A stretch of DNA of 11,013 nt from an uncultured archaeon (GCA_964549075.1 CAZJUB010000088.1:1-11013), one strand, 5' to 3'; positions 1 to 7,958 are shown, counted from the first letter of the stretch. Notes: generated by a model not told the origin, from the letters alone. Program-made: numbers and translations.

Positions 1-1740
1 AACCATTATATCGTTGTTTTTGTATCCAGCTTTAATCAGCATATCAATAGCTTTCTTTACGCCGAACTGGTCTGAATATCCCAAGTCCCAGGCAAGCCTG
101 ATTTTTAAAAACCTTGAGTTCTTTAATTCATTAGCAATTGCAGTCTGAATTTTCCTTTCTGTTTCAGCGTCGATAGCGCTGCTAGCATCATCTAGAATAA
201 GAATAGAAGGATTGATTAAAAGAGCCCTAGCTATCGCAATTCTTTGTTTTTGACCGCCTGATAGAGTCACACCTCTTTCCCCAACTAAAGTATCGTAACC
301 ATTTTCAAAACCCATAATAAACTCGTGCGCTTGTGCTAATTTAGCAAAGTGCTCTATCTCTTCATTTGTTGCATCAGGTTTTCCGAAAGCTATATTTTCC
401 CGGATGGATTTACTGAACAGAAATACTTCTTGTTCTATTACACCTATATGTTCCCGAAGGTTAGATAAACATAGGTCCTTTATATCAACTCCATTGATAG
501 AAATTGTTCCTTTTGTAGGATCATATAATCTCATAAGAAGTTTCATTAAGGTAGATTTTCCTGAACCAGGATTCCCGATTACTGCAACTGTTGAACCACC
601 TTTCACCTCTAAGCTGAGATTATTCAAAGCTAGTTTTCTAGTACTTTGTCCATTATAAGAAAATGAAACATTATCAAATTTGATAGTGTTGAGTTCTCCA
701 GACCAGTTTTGTGGTGAAGAAGGTTCTGGAACATATTCATGTCTTTCTTTCATTTCATAAATTCTTTTTGCAGCAGCCATTCCTATTTGAAATTGGGTTA
801 TGGTCCAGCCAAACTGCCAGGTAGGCATGGTCAAAGTCATAGCTAAGAAAACGTAGGTAATCAAATCATCTAAACTCAAGGTTCCAGCTGTGACTTCATG
901 AGCTCCCCATAGAAAACCAAAAGCAATAACAAGGATAGTGATAGCGACTGCATAGTATCTCGCACTCAGAATCCCTCTTCTGGTATTAATATCTCTGAGT
1001 TTGTTTGTTTCTACATCGAACTGCTCTATCTCTGATTTCTCTTTTACAAAACTTCGTATAATTCTTATTCCAGTGATACTTTCTTGCAATCTTGAATTTA
1101 ACAAACCATTTTGCTCCATCTGAGCTTTAGAAATAGGTCGAAGTTTTCTATTATAATCCCAAATAGCTATGATATAGAAAGGAAGTGCAATAGGTAATAG
1201 AAGAGTCAATTTAGGACTTATCCATAGCATTAAAGAGACAGAAAAGATTAAAGTAAAAGATGCTTCAAAAAGGAATTTTATTCCAGGAGCAATGAAAATG
1301 TTCATCTGTCTCGTATCATAAGTTGCTCTGGCCATCACATCCCCTATTCTGACTCTATCGTGGAACTCTTGACTCTTCTCAAGCAAATCGTTATAAAATT
1401 CTTCAGTGACATTCTTGGTCACCTTATGAGCTAAAACTTCATTAACGTAACTTTGAGTGAAATCAGCTGCAGCACGAACTATTCCAGCTATAGCAATAAA
1501 TAATCCTGTTATCAATATTGCTCTAAAAGAAGCAGCATTAATCTTGAGAGTTACAATCCCTTTTGATAACAGATATTGAGTAGCTCTTCCAGGTTGTTTA
1601 GCTAATTCTCCAAAAATGTCACCAATAAATAATGGAGTTATTGAAACAGTTCCTATAAAAATTATGAGAAATGTTATACCTATTAATGTTAAGAATTTCT
1701 CTCGTAGTATGTGCTTAAGGAACCAGATTTTATAACCCAT
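1..1740 (-). CDS. ABC exporter, fused transmembrane + ATP-binding domain (MdlB/TM287-like half transporter); 3'-partial, last ~42 codons are not ABC-like
   Basis: Not in the ORF track because no stop lies in the window. Manual translation of segments in the frame of ATG 1740 gives MGYKIWFLKHILREKFLTLIG..., hydrophobic TM segments, IGDVMARATYDTRQ, Walker A GNPGSGKST (550-576), Q-loop IGVIEQEVF, signature LSGGQ (250-264) and Walker B/D-loop ILILDDASSAID. The expected H-loop is absent (see findings). Confidence 0.95.
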   Translation of the reverse strand, partial: MGYKIWFLKHILREKFLTLIGITFLIIFIGTVSITPLFIGDIFGELAKQPGRATQYLLSKGIVTLKINAASFRAILITGLFIAIAGIVRAAADFTQSYVNEVLAHKVTKNVTEEFYNDLLEKSQEFHDRVRIGDVMARATYDTRQMNIFIAPGIKFLFEASFTLIFSVSLMLWISPKLTLLLPIALPFYIIAIWDYNRKLRPISKAQMEQNGLLNSRLQESITGIRIIRSFVKEKSEIEQFDVETNKLRDINTRRGILSARYYAVAITILVIAFGFLWGAHEVTAGTLSLDDLITYVFLAMTLTMPTWQFGWTITQFQIGMAAAKRIYEMKERHEYVPEPSSPQNWSGELNTIKFDNVSFSYNGQSTRKLALNNLSLEVKGGSTVAVIGNPGSGKSTLMKLLMRLYDPTKGTISINGVDIKDLCLSNLREHIGVIEQEVFLFSKSIRENIAFGKPDATNEEIEHFAKLAQAHEFIMGFENGYDTLVGERGVTLSGGQKQRIAIARALLINPSILILDDASSAIDAETERKIQTAIANELKNSRFLKIRLAWDLGYSDQFGVKKAIDMLIKAGYKNNDIMV

Positions 1741-1832
1741 GAAATAACCAATTTTATGCTTTTATTCTAAATCTTTTCAACTTTCTTTTTAACTTTATTA
1801 AATAACTAGAAAATGAATTATCACCAATTCTA

Positions 1833-1846
1833 GAAAGCTTTATACA
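1833..1846 (+). promoter_or_regulatory. Putative archaeal BRE/TATA promoter (leaderless) of the 1869 gene
   Basis: GAAAGC followed by TTTATA (1839-1844), about 25 nt upstream of ATG 1869, which has no SD motif. Confidence 0.55.
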
Positions 1847-1868
1847 TTACTAATTACTATTTAATCTT

Positions 1869-2549
1869 ATGTTCCGACTAAGAGAATTTGACCCCCCAAA
1901 AAGAGTACAAATTGCTATTAAGAACATGTTCATCATTATGGCTTATACTTTAACTGTAACCTTGTTTTTAGCTATTAATTATTATTATAAAAGATACAGT
2001 TTCTTTTCAGAACACATCAGTAATTTAGGTTCAATGGATCCAAACAACATTCCCCTAAACACTAGATCTATGATCATTATGATTGTAGGTTTTGCTATAA
2101 ATAGCGCGTTGATGTTATCTGTTGCAATCATCTACTTTGTCAAAAGAAAACAATTGAAAGGAGCAACAGTTAAAGGTTCTTTAGGAATAGTCCTAGCTTT
2201 TGGAGCTGCAGGTGTTGCTATACCACTTGACCATCCTCAACTTAGAATACTTCACATTATAGGTGCAGCATGTTTTATTGGAGGATTTGCAGCTTTTAAC
2301 GCATTTCTTCAGATAACAAGTTCATATCGAAAAATCGTGAAAAAAGAAGTAGACGCTAGAAGAGCTGATACAATTTGGGATATTACTTTATCTTTTATTG
2401 TAATTGGTGTTCTTATTTTGTATTTTGTAACTTTTGCTTTAGATCAAGTTGGAATAGGAGCAAGTTGGCACTTAGGGCCCATATTCCAAAAGATTATAGT
2501 TTTCATAGAAATCCTAGCTCTTTATTTCATAGATAATAAAGACGTTTAA
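1869..2549 (+). CDS. Multi-pass membrane protein, DUF998 / Frag1-DRAM-Sfk1-like family
   Basis: 226 aa with about 6 hydrophobic helices; ISNLG after TM1 and LHIIGAACF before TM4 match the IS-x-LG and H-xx-GA pattern of DUF998-type proteins (recognised from memory). Confidence 0.75.
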   Translation: MFRLREFDPPKRVQIAIKNMFIIMAYTLTVTLFLAINYYYKRYSFFSEHISNLGSMDPNNIPLNTRSMIIMIVGFAINSALMLSVAIIYFVKRKQLKGATVKGSLGIVLAFGAAGVAIPLDHPQLRILHIIGAACFIGGFAAFNAFLQITSSYRKIVKKEVDARRADTIWDITLSFIVIGVLILYFVTFALDQVGIGASWHLGPIFQKIIVFIEILALYFIDNKDV

Positions 2550-2554
2550 ATTAA

Positions 2555-2581
2555 TTTTATCTTTTTTTTCTTTTTCTTTTT
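2555..2581 (+). terminator. Oligo-T archaeal-type terminator
   Basis: Run of T tracts (TTTTATCTTTTTTTTTCTTTTTCTTTTT-like) directly after stop 2549, between convergent genes. Confidence 0.6.
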
Positions 2582-2610
2582 GAAAAATAAAGCTGACAGA
2601 ATTATATCTG

Positions 2611-3039
2611 TCATACCCACATAGATCTATTTCTCTCATAGGTGCCATGAGCAACTACTTTATACTGAGTACCTATTGTTTCAAAAAAGTGTTTAACCCC
2701 AAACGCTACTGCATTGAATTCTGAAACAAAATTCTCATAATTTGTATTCTGAGGTAGATCATTCTCTGAAAATATATTACCTGCAGGATCTATAGAATAA
2801 GTAACCTCAAATAGATTCCAATTTTCTTGTAAAAGTGCTAAATACATATCCTTAGTTACTTCACGAGCTTCAAGAATTAGTGCAGCTACTTTTATCCATG
2901 TATCTGGAAAGATAAATATTGCAGTTAGAAACTTTTTTCCGTCAATTTCATAAGGGATTATGTAAGCCCTCTTAGCTTCGTTGTAAATAAAAGTTAAATT
3001 CATTTTATTGAGCCAATCGCCTATAGTTTTAAACATCAT
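2611..3039 (-). CDS. YbjN-like domain protein (type III secretion chaperone-like fold)
   Basis: 142 aa; pattern LLQENWNLFEVTYSIDPAGNI and the ending YENFVSEFNAV fit the YbjN LLxxN...(Y/F)xID-xx-G-x-I motif; SD-like AAGTGAT upstream of ATG. Confidence 0.75.
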   Translation of the reverse strand: MMFKTIGDWLNKMNLTFIYNEAKRAYIIPYEIDGKKFLTAIFIFPDTWIKVAALILEAREVTKDMYLALLQENWNLFEVTYSIDPAGNIFSENDLPQNTNYENFVSEFNAVAFGVKHFFETIGTQYKVVAHGTYERNRSMWV

Positions 3040-3085
3040 GTTATCACTTCTATTTTGTTAACTTATACAATAAGAAAAGCATTTA

Positions 3086-3100
3086 TTATAAGTCTTTCTC
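3086..3100 (-). promoter_or_regulatory. Putative BRE/TATA promoter of the YbjN-like gene
   Basis: Minus strand reads GAGAAAGAC-TTATAA, about 47 nt upstream of ATG 3039, leaving room for a short leader with the SD-like motif. Confidence 0.5.
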
Positions 3101-3138
3101 GAAAAAATTTAATGCTTCACTTTGTATAAAAAAGAGAA

Positions 3139-4431
3139 TTATAATGGTGGTTTCTTTATTGGAGAGAAATAGGTTACTACACCTTTCTTTACCATTATTT
3201 TTCCATCCTTTATTATATGAGAAAAATTCTTTATATCTTCAAGTACAGTAATATTTTCTAGAGGATTTTTATCGCTAATAATAATATCTGCTAGCTTTCC
3301 CTTTTGAATTGATCCTATTTTCTCATCCATCCAAATAGCTTTTGCTCCTTCAATTGTAGCTGCTTGCATAGCTTGAACAGGTGTCATTCCAACGTCCTTA
3401 ACCATTAAAGCCACTTCTGAACCACTATTGCCATGATAGTTCCCTGGAGTTCCAGCATCAGTTCCTATTGCAATTTTAACTCCTTTTTCAAAAGCCATTT
3501 TATGGTTTGTTTTCATCGCACTATCTACTTCAATTGTCTTTTTTTGTACTTCAGGAGGCATGGTTTTAAGTAATTCAGGACTGATTAAACCCATAGCTGC
3601 CATTTGAGTGGGAATCATATAAGTACCGTTCTTTATCATCAAATCAGCTGATTCTTCATCCATGAAACTCCCATGTTCTATGGTATTTACTCCACACAAA
3701 GCCGCTTTATCGATACCTGCTTTACCATGAGCATGAGCTGCAACATGCATGTCGTTTCGGTGAGCTTCTTCAACAATCGCTTTAAGTTCTTCTTCAGTCC
3801 AAAGAGAAAAACTCACTTTAGATTCCATCCCATGTAAAACTCCACCTGTTGTAGCAGTTTTAACATAATCTGCACCTCTATATTTTAAGTCTCGAACAGC
3901 ATGTTTGACATTATCGACACCAGTTAGGTTTTGATCATGTATTCTGTCCCACTCAATAATTTCTATAGGATATACTGCTTCTTGGTTGCCCCATTGCCAA
4001 ATACCTTTATCAGAATTGACAATACGAGGTCCAGCAAACACACCATAATCCAATATTCTTTTCAAAGAAGGCATGATACCGTCATAGCTTCCAGCATCTC
4101 TTACTGTAGTAAAGCCACTAATAAGCTGTTTTTGAGCGTTAACAAGAGAATAAAAATGATACATGTCTCTCTTGGTTCTAAGTTGAGCTCGTTCCATATT
4201 AATATCTCCATTCATACTTAAATGAAGGTGGCACTCAATCATTCCTGGGAAAATTGTTTTTCCTGTTGCATCTATAATTTGATCGTTTTCTTCTCCCTCA
4301 TAACTTCCTGCTTCGCCTACCCAAGCAATCTGTTTTCCTTTAACAACTATAGTTTGGTTTTCTAGTATTTTACCAGAAATCGAATCAAAAATATTCCCAG
4401 ATTTAATTATCAATCGTTTTAAGTCAGACAT
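3139..4431 (-). CDS. Metal-dependent amidohydrolase (Xaa-Pro dipeptidase / aryldialkylphosphatase-like subgroup)
   Basis: 430 aa; IDATGKTIFPGMIECHLH (HxH), FTTVRDAG, YVKT (carbamylated Lys position), HVAAHAHG, IEHG, IGTDAG, GSIQKGKLADII. Confidence 0.95.
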   Translation of the reverse strand: MSDLKRLIIKSGNIFDSISGKILENQTIVVKGKQIAWVGEAGSYEGEENDQIIDATGKTIFPGMIECHLHLSMNGDINMERAQLRTKRDMYHFYSLVNAQKQLISGFTTVRDAGSYDGIMPSLKRILDYGVFAGPRIVNSDKGIWQWGNQEAVYPIEIIEWDRIHDQNLTGVDNVKHAVRDLKYRGADYVKTATTGGVLHGMESKVSFSLWTEEELKAIVEEAHRNDMHVAAHAHGKAGIDKAALCGVNTIEHGSFMDEESADLMIKNGTYMIPTQMAAMGLISPELLKTMPPEVQKKTIEVDSAMKTNHKMAFEKGVKIAIGTDAGTPGNYHGNSGSEVALMVKDVGMTPVQAMQAATIEGAKAIWMDEKIGSIQKGKLADIIISDKNPLENITVLEDIKNFSHIIKDGKIMVKKGVVTYFSPIKKPPL

Positions 4432-4453
4432 GACTGAAATTTAACAAAAGGGT

Positions 4454-4469
4454 TCATAAACATTTCTCG
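4454..4469 (-). promoter_or_regulatory. Putative BRE/TATA promoter (leaderless) of the amidohydrolase gene
   Basis: Minus strand reads CGAGAAATG-TTTATGA, 23-29 nt upstream of ATG 4431. Confidence 0.45.
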
Positions 4470-4474
4470 GAAAA

Positions 4475-4852
4475 TCAATCACCAGTAGCTGTAACTGTTT
4501 TTCCTTCCACCATCATGATAGCTGTTCTTACAGGAGCTCTTGTTTTATGTAATACTTGTTTAGGAACCAAACATCCTTGACCTTGTAATAATTCTAAAGT
4601 TTTATCTTTAAATTCAATGATCAGTTTGCCTTCAATAACGTAGAAAAATTCATCTTCATTGTTGTGTTTATGCCAATGAAAATCACCTGTTATAACACCT
4701 AACCTTACTACACAATCATTAACTTCACACAAAGAGAAATTTTGCCACGATTCTTGACAACCGGTAACTATCGAGGGTAAATCTATTTTTTCAAATGGTT
4801 TAAACAAAATCTCTGTTTTTATGGCGTATTTATCGAAATCATCTTCAGACAT
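4475..4852 (-). CDS. Cupin domain protein (mannose-6-phosphate isomerase-like small cupin)
   Basis: 125 aa; motif 1 GDFHWHKHNNEDEFFYVIEG, motif 2 GQGCLVPKQVLHKT; archaeal SD AGGTGA at 4857-4862. Confidence 0.93.
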   Translation of the reverse strand: MSEDDFDKYAIKTEILFKPFEKIDLPSIVTGCQESWQNFSLCEVNDCVVRLGVITGDFHWHKHNNEDEFFYVIEGKLIIEFKDKTLELLQGQGCLVPKQVLHKTRAPVRTAIMMVEGKTVTATGD

Positions 4853-4976
4853 TTCTTCACCTTCATCTATTACATCTTACAAATAATTAAATAGCTTCGC
4901 ATTTCATTGTTACTAAAAAAAGAGATATAATATAGTATATTATTATAAACTGTATTCGGTTATTGTGAGGTTTTAA

Positions 4977-5912
4977 ATGGCAGAAAAAAATCGAGCTATC
5001 ATTTCTTATGTTTGTAACCTTTGTCAGCGAACCAGAATGGCAATGTTTCCGCTCTCATTAGACATTAAAGTAGATGAAAGAGGTTTGTTTGAATTCGTTG
5101 ACACTCACAAATGTAAGGATGATGAGATTTCTGCTAACATTCTTTACATAGATAAGGAAAATATCGTCCGTTCTCAAGTATCAATCTCAGCTGAAGAAAA
5201 GCCTAACGAGAAACAGAAAGAGAAAGAAGAGATTATCGCAACTCTATCCATTCCTGTTCCTGCAAAGCGAGAATTTCCTACTCAGAATATAATCCCTGAT
5301 CATAGATTCAAGAAATTTAATATTAAAGAATTGATGGTTAAAGATAAATTAAGACAATTGATTTTTTCAACTACTAGCGATCATAGTTCTATCTGTGATA
5401 TCACAGTTAAATCTCCACTTGGTTTCATTGAAATCAATGCGAATATAACAAAATTAACTGATGAGAATTCTGCAAGTTGGTGGTTAGACAATATTGCTAA
5501 AGTATTAGAAGAAGTGGTTTATGTTGATGAGAAGGTTTTTGCTTATCTCTTATCTTATGTTGATAACAAGATTAAGAAACAGATAAATGAAACAGAATTG
5601 ATAGAGCTCGAATACATCTGTAATTCACATATTTCTATCCCAATTTCTAGTGAGAAAACTTTAGAAATGTACAATAAAGAAGGACAGTCTATTTTTCCAA
5701 AATTAGCACTGCTTGATTCTGTTTATTATAAGCAAATTCTCGAAGAATGTGTTAATAATGATTCTATTACACTTTTCGAAATCATCGGAAAAATTTCAAG
5801 TAATATTAGTATTTCGTCTTTTGTTTCTATTTTCCACAATCTTGAAGAAAAAGCTTTGATAAAACTTGAGAAACTGCAATTCTTTACAGTAACAGACCTA
5901 ATAGTTGAGTAA
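4977..5912 (+). CDS. Hypothetical protein with N-terminal C-x2-C...H-x-C Zn-binding domain and possible C-terminal winged helix
   Basis: 311 aa; CNLC...DTHKC...ILYIDKENIVRS at the N-terminus; C-terminal ITLFEII...FVSIFHNLEEKALIKL resembles a wHTH; SD-like GAGGT upstream of ATG. Confidence 0.8.
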   Translation: MAEKNRAIISYVCNLCQRTRMAMFPLSLDIKVDERGLFEFVDTHKCKDDEISANILYIDKENIVRSQVSISAEEKPNEKQKEKEEIIATLSIPVPAKREFPTQNIIPDHRFKKFNIKELMVKDKLRQLIFSTTSDHSSICDITVKSPLGFIEINANITKLTDENSASWWLDNIAKVLEEVVYVDEKVFAYLLSYVDNKIKKQINETELIELEYICNSHISIPISSEKTLEMYNKEGQSIFPKLALLDSVYYKQILEECVNNDSITLFEIIGKISSNISISSFVSIFHNLEEKALIKLEKLQFFTVTDLIVE

Positions 5913-5914
5913 AG

Positions 5915-6052
5915 ATGCTTTGTCCTAGATGTAAAAAAACGTCGAAAAAACAGATAGCTATGAAACAAGTCAAAAGAAAAGGAGGATTTCATAAACAGAC
6001 CAAATTTCAATGTCCAGAATGCGGTTTTATAAGGATGAAGAAGAATAAGTAG
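5915..6052 (+). CDS. Small basic CPxCG-type zinc-ribbon protein (45 aa), not in ORF track
   Basis: ATG 5915 to TAG 6052: MLCPRCKKTSKKQIAMKQVKRKGGFHKQTKFQCPECGFIRMKKNK. Two Cys knuckles (CPRC, CPECG), starts 2 nt after the upstream stop and fills most of the intergenic gap. Confidence 0.85.
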   Translation: MLCPRCKKTSKKQIAMKQVKRKGGFHKQTKFQCPECGFIRMKKNK

Positions 6053-6096
6053 AAATAATCCAACAGATTTATAGTTGTTTGAGATTTGTTTTTCAC

Positions 6097-7008
6097 ATGT
6101 CAAATAAACATAGAGATGAAAGAATACCGATTCAACCTGACACCGACATACCAATCGTAGACTGTCATGCACATTTTCCGGATAGAAATCCTTATCGCAG
6201 ACCCACTCACTCTCATGAAAGTCAACACAAGTTTTTCTTTGAGAAACATAAAGGTCAATTCATTATCACCTCAACAAGCGTTTACAAAGATGAATATCAA
6301 TATCACATGGATTTTATTGAAGAACATCCAGGAATTTATCTTACAATGTCTGTTATGCATCCAACTGATAAATATGATATGAGTGAAGTTATGGAAGAAC
6401 ATCCTATTGTTATGGATTTTCTTGAGAACAGACAGGACGATTATGTTGGTATTGGTGAATTTGGATTGGATTTCCATCGAGCTACAAGTTTGGAAAGAAG
6501 ACAAGAACAAATCGATTACTTCAAGAAGGTTATTCAAGAAACCAAACATCTGAAAAAACCTTATGTCTTACATATAAGAAATGCAACACAAAGAGATATA
6601 GATCCCGCAAATCCTGATCATGAGTTTAACCAACGAGACTATTGTAACAAGGTGATTGTCAAGATACTTAAGGAGGAAGGTGTTAATCCTGAAACAGTGC
6701 AGTGGCATTGTTTCTCAGGTCCTCAAGAATGGGCACCAAAGTTAGCTAAAATGGGGTATTTTCTTTCTGTTCCATCATCAGCTTATGGATTTAATAGATG
6801 GAGAAGAAACATGATAGGAGTGCCATTAGATAGATTGCTTACTGAAACAGATTCTTGTATGCAACATCCTTTTAAAATGGGTGCCTATAATACACCTGCT
6901 AACGTGAAATATTCTGTAGCAGCTATATCCTATGTTAATGAAATGGAACAATTAGAAGTAGCTGAGCAGATTGTTGAAAATGCAAGGAGTTTTTTTGGAT
7001 TAAAGTAG
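6097..7008 (+). CDS. tatD: TatD family metal-dependent hydrolase/DNase
   Basis: IVDCHAH, MHP, IGEFGLDF, VLHIR, WHCFSG, LLTETDS, NTPANV, ENARSFF. ATG 6097 preferred over TTG 6079. Confidence 0.93.
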   Translation: MSNKHRDERIPIQPDTDIPIVDCHAHFPDRNPYRRPTHSHESQHKFFFEKHKGQFIITSTSVYKDEYQYHMDFIEEHPGIYLTMSVMHPTDKYDMSEVMEEHPIVMDFLENRQDDYVGIGEFGLDFHRATSLERRQEQIDYFKKVIQETKHLKKPYVLHIRNATQRDIDPANPDHEFNQRDYCNKVIVKILKEEGVNPETVQWHCFSGPQEWAPKLAKMGYFLSVPSSAYGFNRWRRNMIGVPLDRLLTETDSCMQHPFKMGAYNTPANVKYSVAAISYVNEMEQLEVAEQIVENARSFFGLK

Positions 7009-7136
7009 CAGGACTTCTTGTTATAGAGTATTCATTCTTATCAACTATAACATTAATTGTAGTAAAGGTGAGAATTTACTAAGCATGGAGAAGAAAGAAA
7101 AACCAAAAGCAAAGTTGAATTCATAAAAAGGTTGAA

Positions 7137-7455
7137 CTATATTCTATTTTCTCTCCTTTTTTCAGTATAGAGTAGAATAAGAGGTAAAGAAAACATTAGG
7201 AGCATCTGTTATTTTCAAATTTTGTATTAGAAACGGGTTCTCATTAGTTCCCTCTCCTTGAAAACCTAGATCAGTAAAATTATCATCGTGATTAATAAAA
7301 ATAGGATCGTGATCAACTAACTCAGATTTCCATGTCGAACTATCAGTTTCAGATAATTGATTATTTCCTTCCACTAAGTCAGTATTGTAATTTCTTACAC
7401 TTAACGAAATAACAAAAATAATCAAAAAGGATAGTAACTTAAACTTATTTCTCAA
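7137..7455 (-). pseudogene. Internally deleted remnant of a secreted, membrane-anchored surface protein (NosD/right-handed beta-helix type N-terminus)
   Basis: Frame from TTG 7455: signal peptide then DHDPIFINHDDNFTDLGFQGEGTNENPFLIQNLKIT, the cap motif that usually precedes parallel beta-helix repeats in archaeal surface proteins, then a stop at 7162. A shifted frame (about 7205-7137) reads MLLMFSLPLILLYTEKRRENRI*, like the end of a C-terminal anchor. Confidence 0.7.
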
Positions 7456-7550
7456 TTCTAACGCTTATCAACTAGAAATTATAATATTACGAGATATTAA
7501 TCTTTCTCTTACCTTTAAATTAAAGCACAACCATATGATTCATTGAGATT

Positions 7551-7958
7551 TTATACTTGACTTACAGCAGTGGATTTTGTTTGTCCTACAAGCGATAATA
7601 TCCCACCAGAGAAAACAAATAAACCTCCTGGACCTCCAGTTACGAAACCTATTATTATCATGATAACAGCTAGAAGAGTTATGTCTTTAATCCATGGTCC
7701 TGTTTTTGCCTTCATCTGCAACCAATCCCAAACCAAGAACAGAACTAGGATTCCTAACAAGAACATAATTAAGCCATTTAACCAGTAAATACCTGTAAAT
7801 GAAAGAAATGACATTCCCCCCACAACTACTAACCCTCTAGCACTTATAGCTTGAGCTATCATAGTTAACAATCCTTGAAGTACAAGGATGAAACCTCCAG
7901 TCAAAGTGTTGATTTTACCACAAGTAATTCCACAACTTCGTATACTTGACATAAGCAT
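7551..7958 (-). CDS. Small Gly-rich membrane protein, about 4 TM helices, unknown function
   Basis: 135 aa hydrophobic ORF ending in IIIGFVTGGPGGLFVFSGGILSLV. A TATA-like TTATAT at 7975-7980 would favour a leaderless start at ATG 7952. Confidence 0.8.
   Translation of the reverse strand: MLMSSIRSCGITCGKINTLTGGFILVLQGLLTMIAQAISARGLVVVGGMSFLSFTGIYWLNGLIMFLLGILVLFLVWDWLQMKAKTGPWIKDITLLAVIMIIIGFVTGGPGGLFVFSGGILSLVGQTKSTAVSQV

Noticed and set aside
404-658. 84-aa + strand ORF
   Set aside because: Antisense shadow of the ABC ATPase domain.
3931-4221. 96-aa + strand ORF
   Set aside because: Antisense to the amidohydrolase; no motifs.
5726-6172. 148-aa minus strand ORF spanning the gap before tatD
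   Set aside because: Overlaps three better-supported + strand genes; its Phe/Leu richness mirrors the Lys-rich zinc-ribbon gene.
6167-6549. 71-aa (+) and 92-aa (-) ORFs
   Set aside because: Alternative-frame and antisense ORFs inside tatD.
7085-7126. Mini-ORF MEKKEKPKAKLNS with GGTGA upstream (7067-7071)
   Set aside because: Only 13 codons and SD spacing of 13 nt; may be a gene relic but cannot be supported.
7570-7788. 72-aa Pro-rich + strand ORF
   Set aside because: Antisense mirror of the Gly-rich membrane gene.
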